A DNA stretch of 64,000 nucleotides. It comes from Auanema rhodensis (lineage: Eukaryota; Animalia; Nematoda). The first letter of the stretch is position 1, and every line of letters begins with the position of its first letter. Below, one piece after another: positions 12,956-27,302 of the stretch. The translations under genes and the position numbers were made by a program. Below the pieces are notes generated by a model. The model saw only the letters and a list, made by a program, of their open reading frames with translations. It was not told where the DNA came from and searched no databases. The stretch spans positions 13,206,001 to 13,270,000 of the forward strand of contig OZ059898.1 in assembly GCA_964057225.1 (NCBI GenBank), written 5' to 3'.

Positions 12956-15900
12956 CAGCGATGATTAATATAAAGAAGACGACAAAACGATGAATAGCAA
13001 AATAGAAGTTTAGGGTTTTGAATGATGAGTGAGTAGTACTATCCAAATTGGCTGACTGTACTGTTTGACCAAACTGTCGGCCACATGTAGAGGACAATTC
13101 CATAAATGGCAGTCGAGCGGAGAGATAGGAGGATTCGACAACGATGGAATTGACCAATACAGAGGAAAGGGAGGACGAAGACTAGGTGGAAGATAATGAA
13201 AGACAGAGATGAGGGATGAGGAAGATGGCTACAAGGAATAAGATGCCGAGAGAAGAGGACCTTGAGAGAGCATGCTGGGGTCATATCTAAAGAGTTTGCG
13301 GCAAAACAAGGAGGACGAGAACATCGGGAATAATAAACGGTCCACACGGCGCAATCCAGAGGGTTGCACCTCTGAGATATACATGGAGAAAAGGTAAACG
13401 AGGCGACCGAAATACTGAAATGGCTGGATGATAATCATCTTCAACCCACTACACCGATGTCAACGGCGTAGTGACGACGTCGTTGTTTCGACTCCATCCG
13501 ACGATAGCGGAACGGTGTGCCAGGCTGAGCGAGGACTGGCCAAGTCATCAAGGGATGGCGATCAGAGCGGGCTGGGGCGGGACTGTATTGCGCCTTTCTT
13601 ACCCGCCCCGGTGTTACTCTATCTCTCTCGTACTTCGTGATGACGTTACAAAGCCTGATTAAAGCTTGAGGTGAAACTCGGTAATCAGTGCTTGCTATCG
13701 AGAGGTGCAGTAGCAGCGAGAACCAGGGGATAGCAAGCAGGAAATAGGTTAGAAAGTTTCTGTGAATGATGAAGTATGTGCTAAGAATTGTAAAAAACAA
13801 GCTTCGGATTCGGGTCGAAGTAGCATATACATCGTTAACCAGAATTGGACCAGATTCCGCGTATGGCAAGCATATCGAAAAATACAAAAATTGATCTTAA
13901 ATCGACACTAATGGGGACAAATGTTTGTAGAATAAATTCAAATGTTTCAACATTTTGAAGAAGAGGTGATTGACTTCGATTGAGGTTAACGTTCTGAGCT
14001 GAATAAAGGCAGACACTGACTATCCATGTGGAACGGAGCTAAGAGATACGATGAAACAACGAAGAATTTCGGAGAGAAGATGAGATAGAAAGAGGGAAGT
14101 TCTAAGGACGTGCCAGGTTAGATGACCTTACGAGGTCAGACGGATGGCAGCCCAGAGGGCGTATGCTTGAGAACCGAAACGGACAACGACACAGCTAAAC
14201 AGTGAGAGAGTGGAAGAGAATCATCACGGTGACAGCAACGACCACAGTGACTCCAAGGGCGGTCCTTCTGTAGTCCTCTTAAGGCGATCTCCTACGTGTT
14301 CTGCAACTATGAGCGAGTATCTTCCACGGGGCCTGAGACAGATAGAGAATCAGACATATAGATGTAGACGTCGAGGTAATATGACAACGATAGCGCCGAC
14401 GTCGACAACGGTACAAGGACTTGTGATAGCTCTCTGCAAAAAGGACAAAATGTATTCGGAAGTATGGAGATTGTACGCAATCTCAAACGAACAGATAGAC
14501 GTAAAGGAAAAAAAATAATGAAGACGAAAAAAAAAAAGAAGAAAAATGAGAACAAGAGATGGACGGCAATTGATAGAAAAATGCAAAATGTAGACCAAAG
14601 AGTGGCAGATGAAATGAAAAAAAAGTTGAAAAAAGTGGCAAAAAAAGAAAAAAAAAAGAAAATCTGAATAACAATTGGGGTCATGATGATTCTCTATTGT
14701 GCTTTTTGACTTTTGTGGCGATGATGAACAAATGCTGGCAGGAAGATGGATAAGCAAATGTTTAGGAAAATGAGTCATTTAACCACAATGTTATTGGCAG
14801 CCAAATGACACAAAACCATAGATATAACTCATGACTAGTTGCTTAAATAGAATGTATATTTTAGAAGACAAATAGTACAATTTGAAAAGATGAAAACTTG
14901 GTTGCATAAGTTGAAAATTAAAAAAAAAATAATTTGTGAAAGAAATTGAGGGAAATTGAAATTTTTTTAAGGAGGTGACGACGAGAATAGCTGCTACAAA
15001 CATATGTCAGCACACAGCGGAAACTGTAAGGCTTGAAAATGTTCTGATAAGAGGAATGGTTTGGGAAAGTTGATGACAAGGCAGCTGACGCGAATTTATG
15101 TGAATCGTGGATCGGACTGGTACCGCAAACGGCAATCACAGTTTGTGCTCCGTGCTTGGTTCTACAAGCTTGAAGAGGGAACAGTTAAATGGCGAGATAA
15201 GTACATGATAGTCAGCGTGCTAGGTGATGAAAGTTGATAAATAACTTCAAATGAAGATGTTTAGTTGACTAGTTGACTGGTGTTGTTGTGAGGAATTGAA
15301 CAGAATAATAAAGAGGACCGAGAGAAATAAAAAGAGGAAAGGGGAAGGAAAAGCGACGTCGGCAGCATAGTCGTGAGTTTGGTCTGATCGGACAATCTGA
15401 CGTGTATCGACTGTACAATAGGTATTTTCTTCTCTCTGTATTGCCCCATAGTCTTTCTTCCTCCTCCCCTTTTCGTCGTCTTCCTTCCTCCATTATGTTC
15501 TCATTCTACACCTTCCTTCTTCATACCAGCCGATGAGGCAATTGACGGAGCAATCTCCCTTTGGCTTGTTGGTTAAAATGAAAGTAGTAACATCGACAAC
15601 GATGTGAAGGAAAAGAAGGTGACGAAGAGCGTCATCTTAAATGTGGGTGACTGACCAGACGTCGGCTTGTTTTCGGATCCTCAGATGAACGTCTTTGACC
15701 TTAGATAGGTCAAGATGACCGCACAAGGTCTTACCTTCCTGGCAGCTATCACTCTGCTCTGGTTCTCCCCTCTCTATCTTACTTTCCCTCTTGTTCTCGA
15801 ATATATTCCATTTACTATTAAAATGAAAGATGTATATGCTAAAATGGGGGCAATGGCTATGATATGATTAAATGGAAAAAGCATAAAAACCCTCTCGAAG

Positions 15901-18900
15901 ACAACGATGGGAATGAGATTCAGAAGCCAATGAGGCCATGCATAGTACAAATTGATGGATTTTAGTAGACTAATATGATTAAAACTATAGCAGTGATAGA
16001 AAATGTCGTGGATTACAAGTGACGGGAATGGTTGGAACAGACTATCTCTCGATGCCATCGATTGGCAGCGAAATACACTCAGAATAGGAGACAAGAGGCA
16101 TAGAGTGAACGAATGCAAAGGGCCGAGGGTTCAATACAACACATCGGACTGTCATAGAAGGAAAAGGCAGACGAACAGAGGAGGCACAATACAGTCAGAG
16201 CCGTAATACGAACAGTCGGGTTGAGGCTTGGGCTATAGCCCCAGCATATTTGTGAGAAGAGAGAAAAGGCTATGTACATTTACAAATTGTCATAGGCAAG
16301 GTGAATAGTAGCAGAAAAGGAAATAGAGAAAGAGTAGATGAAGAGATAGAGTTAGAGAGAGAGAGGGGGGAAAGAGATAGAGAGAAAGAGAGAGAAAGAC
16401 CACCTGGAAAGCGATCAGGAAAAAAAGAGATTCAAATGATGCCAGGTACAACCTGGCATTATTGGAGTCCTAGATCTTTTCACCAATTTCTCTTTAGAGT
16501 CTTCAGTCTCCCATATATCAGATAGGGAAATGTTGCCTTTTATGGACAGATGGACAGTACATAAAGTGCAACTTAAGTTGAAAAAAACCTGTAGATGATT
16601 ATAGAAAAGAAGGAGAAAGAGAGAATAAAGTGATTATTTAGATGAGTGATTGTAGTAAATTCATAGAGAAAGAGAGAAAGAGAGAGGTATGCCATTCTCT
16701 TACTGAAATAATGACAAAATTCTTTTTATAATATATGTATATGTATATATCTATATATGTATATATAGTTTAAGAAATTTATAGGTTGCTTATTCAATAG
16801 ACTTTTCAAAACATCATGATAAAAGACAATTTGATGAAATGTCAGTCAAGAGGAACAATGAAAAGGAGGAGAAGTCCTCGTAATACTAGATAGGCTATAT
16901 AAGGCATGAATGTACAGAAATGGCTCAAATAACTTTGATAAAAGAAAATATAGTAAAATGAAATGGTTCATCAATGTGGTGATAGAACAGGATGAATGAA
17001 CTCAGACTGAAGATATGAAAACAGTAGCATGACAGATGAGGCCAAAAACATGAAAATACAACAGATATCAACAATGGCTGATGAAGAAAAAAAAAGTTGA
17101 AAATCGACTTTGCTTTGCAACTCAGCATGCACAGGGCAACAGCAATGCGATAGTGTGAAAGCCTTTGATAATTGACCACGATGTTGTTGCTGTGGCTGCT
17201 GATGCTGAGAGATGTATTTTGCCCTGCGGCAATTCTTATTGCTATCCATGATAAGGAATGTAGGAGCAGATACAGAGTACAGAGAGCACAGCTGTATGTA
17301 ACAAGACAGCAGCTGGATACTCCTGATAAGAGAATTGACCGAAAAGAAAAAAAAGGCTAAGCTTAATTGCTTCATTTCTTCGCCACCCATGCTCATCACG
17401 GGTTAACTGTTCGAAGAATTTTGAGATACAAAAAGCATGACAAGTCATTTTTCAGACATACAAGTCAAAAGACCTTTTGGGAAAAAAAAATAACGAAAGA
17501 TAAGATAAAAAAAAAAGCAATGAAAAGCTATACTACAATGGCAATCATTCGATAGACACTTTTTCGGCTGAAAAAAAGCTGGGAAAATGAATGACAATAC
17601 ATTGAAAAACATGAACAGATATAGAATAACTCATAGTTATAGCAGCATAGTAGCAGTTTCACTTTATGGACGTTACATTACATATTTCATTACCATAATC
17701 TATATCACTGGGTTAGGTAGCTGGATTGACTTCTCAGCTGGACAGCACGTTCATCAGCTAACATCAGGTCGAGTCTGTTTGTTGGTCGTTTTGTTTATTT
17801 TTGTTGACTTCATTTCAGTTAATGCTGATGGTCGTCTGATTGATGGCCCTGTAGACGCTACTGGTGATGGTCAACTAGTGGAATGGATATACATAGATGC
17901 TCCCTATCTCTCGTTCTCTCCCTATGTCAGGAAAAATTGAAATCAGAAGTGAACTCGTCTAATGTCAATCTCGATATCTCGCTTCTCTCACAATAGTTTT
18001 CTCTTTTTGTCTTTAACTCCTTTCCACAAGTTATTCGTTGCTTTTTCTTCGTATTCCTTCCATCTCTTCGTTTTTCATTCGTTCTCGAGCATTTCAGCCT
18101 TCTCTCCCTCACTAGCCCCAGATTCACCATCTGTTTGCTCTTCGAAAAATGCGCCTCACGTACGTGCTAAGTGAAAAACAATTCGGAACAAATCGTGGTG
18201 GAGAGACAGATTGACCATCAGCCCCGGGTGCCCCAAGTACTGATGCATCATTCTTTCCTTCATTCTTCCCTCTAACTCTCTCTCCGTTTCTTTCGTCTTC
18301 TCTCTGTTTTTTACATTGGTTTCTCTTGATCTTTTCTTATCTCCGGTCCCCATAGTGTATGTTCCTTTAACGGAAAAAAACGGATCACATTGAAAAGTCC
18401 CGTCAACCGTTAATGCTAAACAGAGAAGACCATATGAAGACAAGAGAAAGGAAAGAGAGGGTGAGAGAATGAAGCTCAAGTGAGCCTATTACAAACCTCA
18501 GATGACATCAGTCATCACCATCATCATTATCGTCACCATTTCTTCAAGACAGCACTGATTTCAGAAGATTTGAAACGCAATTTTTCTTTAATTTTATCGA
18601 TTAAACTCAGTGCAAATATTAAATTTAATGGGCGAAGAGGACGGTAAGGCAGTTAATGCAAAAATTGAAAGAAAATAGGAAACGATGAGAAAAAACTCAA
18701 AATATTCGACGACTATCTCTTGGAGTAGTGTCGTCAACGTCGTCAGCTGATGTCAGATTGTCTGCCACGTGGACGACATCAAGGCATTCTTATAGAGAGA
18801 GACACACACGCACATTCATACATCGAGCCATAATACCATCTATGGCAGAACGAATAGGAAAGGAAGAGTAAGAGAGGCAAAGAGAAGGAGAGAACAGAGA

Positions 18901-21689
18901 AACGATGGCAGTAATCAGATAGATAGAAAAATAAGATTGATAGTAGTTGATATGAATAAGAAAAAGAGAATGAGAATATAATTTCTAGACTAAAAATGAA
19001 AAAAAAAAGAAAAATGCGGCTTAGTTATCAGGAAAAACTATAGTTATATGATGTGGCAGAGGGGGGGGGGGAAGAGCTGACAGAGCGGGGACGGATATAC
19101 TATGCTTATGTATATTAACTTCACCATTGGCATACACAATCATAGAGAGAGCAGTGGTCTATTCATAGAAATATTGAGAGAGGGTCAAATAAGACAGAGA
19201 GAAAGAGAGAACACTGGAAAGAGGCTTCTAAAGCAGAAGGGAAAATAACCCCATCAGTTGAGAGGGTGAGAGGGCGCCAGCCATATACAGGGAATATGAA
19301 AATGAATGAGAGCAATGAATTGATAGAAGAAACACAGGAGAGAGTGAAGACTAACAGAGAGATAGAGAGGTGGGGCTTGTTTGCAAAATCATGGCCATCG
19401 GCGTGGTGGTAGTGCTGACGGTGTTGGTAGTGGTAGTAGAACTGTTTGGTCCGCGTAATGACCCATACAGCTGCACCAGCCACACCACACAATCAACACA
19501 TTTGGATCAGCCAAACAGCCGATTAGCAGCACCAGCAGCAGCAACTACCGTCACGCCGTTTCAGCTGATGACAGCTTAGATTTGGTTTAGCCACGCCTTG
19601 TTTCATAGAGCTCAAGAACTTTGTATATAATCGTGATTTCAAGAAGGTAATAACCAAGCACAGAAACTTGAGAACAGGCGCAAATGGGCGCCAATGGACG
19701 CCACGAATGCTGACGTCGTGACCAGCTGTCATACATTGCCGTAGTTTGCCCTTTGGTTGAATGGAACGGCTGCAAAGTTCGCAAAGCTTATCGACTGTCT
19801 AACGGCTAACTAAAAGATGGCCGGAGGGCATTCCTTCATTTTGATGATATCTTTGAACTTCATCTTATAAACTCGAATGAAGTTGAAAAGATAACTGATA
19901 GAAAAAAGAAAAGAACAAGAAGATATGGGAGGGAGCGTAATGAGATAACTAACTGGATGAGAGAGGCAGAAGCAAGAAGAGAGAGAGAGATGAGACACAG
20001 TTTCCTTCCTAATTTTCCAATGACGAAATGTTAATGATAAGGGACGGAGCCTAGTGGCAACTGTCTCTCTTAACAGGAGTTTGCTAAGTGCAAATTCATC
20101 ATGACCAGCCTGATGAAGGCAAAGAAACTCCTGTCATCGTAAGGGCATGATGTAAAGTAAGAATAGGGGAGAACATCATTGAGGTGAAAAGACATTTTGC
20201 AGATTTCCAGGTGAGGTATAAGCTAGCACAGTAATCAGTAGCTAGGAAATGACGTCGGGATACATAAAGCCGGAAGACTGACAGGGAGAATTAGTGTCAC
20301 TGAGAGAGCAACAAAGCATTGATAGTGGCAAAGGAAGGGAATGCAGCAGAGGAGAAGAACGAAACATATCAGGAGAATGTGAAAAAGCTTCAAATACCGA
20401 GGACTATTCGCTCAGTTCATTCATATGTATAGATGGCAAAGCTGGTGAAATGAATAAGACAGATGAGATAGCTTCCAGGTGGGCAAAAGTGTTGCCACTA
20501 CAGCATGATTTCAATGAAAACTATCTGCCCACACGCTGTTTTGTTTGTACTTTATACCACAATGTGCCAATGTCCTCTTTTACTTCCTGTTTTAATCCTC
20601 TGGGTATATAAACTATCCGAATGCTCATAACATTGTCGTGAAATGCTGGCATCAAGTTTATTGGCCAGCAGCCAGGTCAACTGATTTTGCCTGATATGGT
20701 TGACGGTTGAATGTCATCGTGCTGGTTGGCAATGCATTTTACAACATTCAATATACACATTAGATGTATATATACAGATTTATAAAAGAGAGAAAAAGAA
20801 AAAAGAGAGCGAGAGAGAAGAACTGTTAGAGTGTAAGTTAGAGAGAGAGATGGGGAGAGAAAGAGGGAGAGAGAGAGGGAGAGGAGAGTATTTGCACGTG
20901 GGAGGCAAAAAGAAAAATGGATGAAATATTAGAAAGATAAGAGAGACGTAGAGAAGCAGAGTTACCACGGAAGAAGTGTCCTCAAAGGACAAACTTCAGC
21001 ATGACTTGTTGGCTGGCTAGCTGGCAGGATTCTAACGTTAAACTGGCAAAGATAGATAAAAGGAGAAGCAAAGAAGCAAAAATATTGAAGGAACACTTAA
21101 TGGAACTGTCTAACGGTACAAATGGATTGTTGGGCTTATACAGAAACATCGAAGCTTATACTCATATAGCTCTTATCATTGAAATTCAACAACAAATGGG
21201 TTCGACAACGAACACTCGTAGGTCCGAACTGCCAATGAGCTGTCGAGGAAATGCGAAGACATGACCACAAAAACTGATCGAAAGGCAGACATGAGGGGTG
21301 ACACAACACGAGAAAGAAAATGGGTCCCGAACAGAATGTTAATGACTGTTGATCAGACACACAACACCCTACCAACTTGACGAACTTTCTATTCTTTCAT
21401 GAAGAATATGAGAAACTAAAATTCGACAAGAAAGAGTATGATGTTGATATACGAATAGGTGAATCAAAACAAAAGAAAACGATAAAAAGGAAGGCAAATT
21501 CACTTTTTAGCAAATTTTCTACAAACAAAAACATAGAAACGTGGTTCACATTGAAAATATTGCAAGAGATATATGACATATAAAGTGGAATATGCCATAC
21601 AGTTCGTTTTTTTTTTGAATATGACATACTATTATCAGTGAAATCAACATAGCTCAATTACATCCAAAAAGGATTTTCAAAAAGAGGGT

Positions 21690-21692
<3 letters not shown>

Positions 21693-21724
<32 letters not shown>
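21693..21724. repeat. (AG)n microsatellite
   Basis: Directly visible; similar tracts lie near 2840, 22578, 29787 and 42840. Confidence 0.9.
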
Positions 21725-21735
<11 letters not shown>

Positions 21736-22575
21736 TCCGACTATAACTAATAGATTTGGCAACAAGTATTGAAAATAGAAAAACATTGATGATTGAACTG
21801 ATGAGCTTTCAGATGAAAGTTCGTTCGTCGTCCAAGATACAGATTGCTTCTCCCCTCCCTCATCAATTTTTCGAAAACTTATTTGTATACGGTACACGTC
21901 GGAGACTCCACTTAAGGCGATGAAGGAAGGTAGAATATCCTCTTCCCCCCTATGTTATTAAAGTTAAAAAGACAATGAATAAGATGAGATGAAGTTTTTT
22001 TATACTTAACTAAAATAAGAAAGATATAAATAGGAAGAGGAATAGTATTGAAAACGAATGAAAGTGAGAAAGCGAGGGGGCTGACTATTCAATCTAGCAT
22101 TGCCCCGGATTCATAACGAGAACTTTGACCACTAACAGTTTGTTAAAGGCAGAAATATGTTTTGACAGGAGAGAAAAGAGGGGGGGGGAATGATGAAATG
22201 ATGAGAATACGTCTGGGTGGGCCGACTACGGGGGCTACATGATCACTGGCGAAGCGAATCGTGGCATGTAGGAAGTCATGAATTGATTATACGTAAATGA
22301 GCTATATGGTTGGCAAACACTAGAAATAATTCAAAGATATAAAAACTATTTCAAACTCATAAGTGGTCAGAAAAGTTTTTTTTTTTTTAAAAAAAAAGAG
22401 GAAATCTTATGAGATAAATGAGATTTTCATGTTTGTGTACTGTATGGAATCTTACTATCTATCTGAGGCGCTTGTTGTTGAGTTGTGATGATGCATGTAT
22501 CGATGAGACCTTCACCGGGTCAATCTGGATCTGTAATATACTAGAATGAAAGAATATATAGAGAGGGAATGAGAA

Positions 22576-22613
<38 letters not shown>

Positions 22614-22753
22614 AACTTTCATAAGATGATAGAGATGGCAATTCATCTGATATAAATAAATGTATATGAATAGTTAAAGATCGATAAAAATTAAAAATTA
22701 ATACAGGAGCACATACCGAAAAAGGATGGAATGAGGGAGAAAAGAGAAAAGAT

Positions 22754-22811
22754 CAACCGTTCGGTAGATCAACATTGCGGAAAATAACGTACACGTGAAG
22801 TTCCACGTGAA
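22754..22811 (-). repeat. Dispersed bipartite ACGTG-box/CGGTTG element
   Basis: Minus strand reads TTCACGTGGAACTTCACGTG...CGGTTG. Confidence 0.7.
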
Positions 22812-25800
22812 GCCAAGAGACTGTATAGAAATATGTTAATTATTTAGAATAAAAATGATTCAGCATCAGGAAATTTGGAGAAAACTCATGAGAGAAATTC
22901 GCAAAAACAAAAACAACTAAAAAAAAGAAAACGGAGATAATGTTGGAGTAAATTGAAAAGTGAACGCACTAGAGATTTGAGATATCTCACTCTTCATATC
23001 TACCAGCTCTTCGTCTTGCTTTTCTACTCATTGTGCTTCTTTCCTTTCTCATTCTCTTTATTCCTTTTGAGTCAGTGCTTCGTTGTCATTCAAAGCTTTC
23101 TGTTGCCTGTCATCCTATAGATGGACCTTTTCGTTCCGTATGCCCCATCTTCTCTCAGTCCCGTTAAGTTCGGACAATCAGAGTATATGGTAAGATGAGA
23201 GAAAATTGACAGTAAAATGAAAAGGTAATAGATTACTGAGAGAGTTAAGACTAAAAGAGAAACAACGAGAGATTGAGTCAATGCATTGAACTGACGGATA
23301 AGAGTGCAGTTTTGCAGACGGACAGACTGACAAACAAACAAACAGGCAAGCAAACAGACCGTGCCGCCAGCACGACCAACACCATCGTCAGACATTCGCA
23401 CTCACAGCAGCAGCATCAGCAGCTTTGGCTCAGTTCACCTGAGCTACTGAATCATCCTCGAATGTGTATTGTTGTCCTTATACAGACAATGTCTATTACA
23501 TGAAGATGATGATAGTGCTAGAGATGGCGATTCTGAGGTTCATCTCCATCTCTCTTGTCAACATTGGCAGACGTAGACATGAAGCCAGAGAAAGAAATCA
23601 AGAAATGATCTTATCATCATAATATACAATACAATGTGGAAGGCATACCACAGTTACTATTCGTTCGATATCGTTTCATCTAGCTCAGTTCAGCTGTCTC
23701 ATGCAATGTCTAATGCTGTCAGCGGTAAAAGAAACGTTTTACGAACGCAGATACTAGATGTAATCAGCCGTATATAGGCAATTGATATGGTCAAATGCGG
23801 TCAATGCTAGGTATGGCACTGAGATATCAGGTCATCTAGTAGACAGCACCATCAGCAGTTTTTGGGCTGAATCGAATGAAACATTCATGGAAATGATTGA
23901 ATGAAAAGGATCATCGGATGAAAGTGCGTTACACATACATATACACACTCATATAACAGCTTTACTCTCGGTTCAATTCGTTCCTGATGTAAATTCTTCG
24001 ATTTTCGATGAAAAAGCAATTCCAATGTTCGATTTCTTTGTTTTTTTTTGTTGCAAAAAACGTCTAACAGGCGGTTAGTGGAATAGAGGTTACCGATTCA
24101 TCTTGAATGAACTGAATAAGGTTTAAAATTAGCAAAAAACTATGAGAAGAGAACAACGAATTCGCGGATAATCTTAAAGATTCATGAACCCATGATGATC
24201 AGGAACATCTGAATAAGCTCAAGACAGCAGGCCCATGAGCAATTTACATTCAAACAAGGCATAACAGACAGACAAATGTGTGGAAACAATGTTTTTCACA
24301 AAAAAAAAAATATATAAAAAGATTTTTAGTAAAATAGGTTTTTAGTACAAAATTCAGAAAAATGAGTTAGTAAGAGGCAAATATTAGAATGAGCAAGCCA
24401 GCTGTTTGTTACGTTGGGATGAGTGCTGTAGAAATTGCATAGTCAGAGGGATTATGTTCAAATTTTGGATAAGAAAGTTAGAATTTTAAAAATTTACAAA
24501 AGAAACGAGATAAAGAGGAAAGAAGTAGAGAGTAAGGTAGAGAGAGATAGAGAAACAAGAGAAACACAGAAACTGTTCTTCCTGGTCAACAATGATTATG
24601 GCATGATGAACTCCGCTCAAGTACCTTAATCGACCATAACAAACTTGATAAACTCTTCTGAGTTATTACTAAATGTTTTTCATTCAAATTCAAAAGTTAT
24701 AAAGACAGACAAGCTAGTTAGTAAGAAATATCTAAACGGTCATTACAAGGGGGTTTTGATTTGATTCGATTCAACTGTGATGTGATGATGATGTGTCATA
24801 GATAATTTGCTCAATACTTTATCTCTGTACCATGTCTGGCACCAAGTTTCCTGTATAAGGGTCACAAACATTTTAATGTAAACAACAGTTTACAGACAAC
24901 AAAATTGATATTCGTCATGTGCTTTCAACACAAAAATATAATCTGAACAACGCAAGTTTTAACTAGGCTGACGCCGAAATAAAACCGTTGACACTACGTA
25001 TCGCGTTTGTGGCTAGAAATCAAATGTGATCATCAACAGGGCTATAACCACATTTACTTCCCCTCAGGGCGTTTTCAACATAAACTGTCCGGCGCCAACT
25101 CTCTATACTTCGTTTTCTCACACATACACAACACAGATAGACGCAAGATAGTCTCTCATTTCAGAGTTTATTCTCCTTTAGTTTGGTGAATTTAAAAGGA
25201 AGTAAGGTATGATGATGGCGAATAAAATAAGAAAAACGAATGTAAATGACGGGAATGAATAGGAATGAATAAAAGATTCAGAGAAACACACACATATACA
25301 AGACATTGAGGTTAAAAAGTGAAAAGTTGGAAAAAATAGGAAATACAGTTTATAGATATAAATCGAAAAAAAGTGAAAAAACAAATTAAATTCAAAGACA
25401 ATCTTACTCAATACTCGAGATTTTCTAACTGGGATCTCATCAGAGCCTCCCAGCTAATTTATCATTGGATTCTTGAATTAATGATTTTCCTTTTAAGAAT
25501 GTTCTTCAAATCAAAAGCATCATGTAAGAGTATCAGAGCTAAATTCAAAATATGAAGTGCTGATGAGATACTAATCAAGTATCCACAGAAGCGACGTTGT
25601 TACGCTGCTGCTATGGCGTGGCGTAACTGGGTGGACCTTCACGTTGTGGCGGAGCTAGCCAGTGGTCGACAGCGACGTCGTTGTCCTCCTCGTCATCCTT
25701 TCTGTCCCGTCAATCCGTTTTGGTTGTTTGCTGAGAGTCGGCGCACGACGATCTACCGATAGTTAAACGGTCGACGGATCGTCGACAAGCCAGCTTCTTA

Positions 25801-27111
25801 CTTTGACAGCACAAAATAGGAAGGAAACACAGTTGCACAGAGACAGAATAGCCAAAGAGAACTTGACCAATGAAGAGAATGGGTGGGGGGGGGGGTGGAA
25901 AAAAGTAAGAGAAAGTAGATAATAGTAGATGGCTATGTGAATATAGAGCGAGAGAAAGAGGTAAAACGAGAAAGAGATTGAAGAAAGAGGGTCAGGCTGA
26001 AAATGAAGAAAGCGGTGGCGAAATTGGTGGTCAGGACAGTTATAGCATGGTCAGCATATACAGCGAAAAAAAAGAAAACAAGGAAAAAGAACGCCGGGAG
26101 GCAAACGAGAGAGAAATAGAGAGAAAGGGGTTGACAGTTAAAAGGGGAAAACGAAAATTAACCATATACTGGTTAGCGAAAACAGAACGGGATAAGTTTG
26201 AAGCCAAGTTGAGAAGAGTAAAGAAGAGAATAAGAGAGCAGACCTTTCTCTGCTTCTCACTCTCTCAAGCATAACAACAGTTATATTCTCTTCCTTACTT
26301 TCTAACAAGAAATAGAAAGAATTATTCGATCTCCTTTCTTCCTGAAAGAGAGAAAAAAAAGAAAAGAGAGAGTAAGAAGAGAAAGGGATAAGAGAAAGTC
26401 TAAATGTAGAATAAGGGTTGGCGGGACAAAAGTTAGTCAAACTTGACCAGACAAAAGTTTTTTTTTAACCATTTTATGAACTAAATAATACAAACTACAG
26501 GGAACAATTTGCTTGCAATATTGCAAAATCATCAAAATTGACTGAAAGGCATCATCTCATAACATGGCAGAGAGCAATAGACCAATAAGAAGTCAAAGTG
26601 ATAGACAGGAATTACTGCCCCGATATGATCGGGAAGAGAGAACTATGAAGGTAGCACATAACACACACACACACGCGCTTGCAAACATAGAATATGATGA
26701 AATTGCTTTGTAATGCTGGTTATGAGGGAAATAAAAATGTAAAAAAAAAGAAAAAGAAAAAGCAACAAAGAAAGAGGAAACAAGAGGTCAAGGCGGATTA
26801 TTTGCCAAAAAAATTCGATCCCAAGGATCAGTTTGGACATCTTTCTTCATAGTAAAGCGGAAGAAAAAAGTGCTAAATGGCATGTCAGAAGCAAAGCAAA
26901 CGAAGTGCTTTACCTATCTCGATTCGGTGCGGGTGTCAGCGCACATGCACACACAGATACAAGAACGGTGCCAGTCGTGTCCTCAACATACACAATCATT
27001 GGCTGCGACTATACATGACATGGAAAAATGAAATCAAATAGATAGATAACTGGGAAGAGGTGGGAATACAAAAGGAAGAGATTGGGTAGAAGGCATGACA
27101 GATAATAGGCT

Positions 27112-27118
<7 letters not shown>

Positions 27119-27166
<48 letters not shown>
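27119..27166. repeat. (GA)n microsatellite
   Basis: About 24 perfect units. Confidence 0.95.
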
Positions 27167-27169
<3 letters not shown>

Positions 27170-27226
27170 TGAAAGAGTAACTATGAAGATGACTGAAGAG
27201 TGATTGTATGAGATAGTAGGTAGATA

Positions 27227-27302
27227 TAACCGTTCTCTATGTTATTCATATAAGAAATGAAAACTGTTTTTCACGTATTACGTGAACAGATTTTACGTGA
27301 AC
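27227..27302 (-). repeat. Dispersed bipartite ACGTG-box/CGGTT element
   Basis: Minus strand reads TTCACGTAAAATCTGTTCACGTAATACGTGAAA...CGGTTA. Confidence 0.6.
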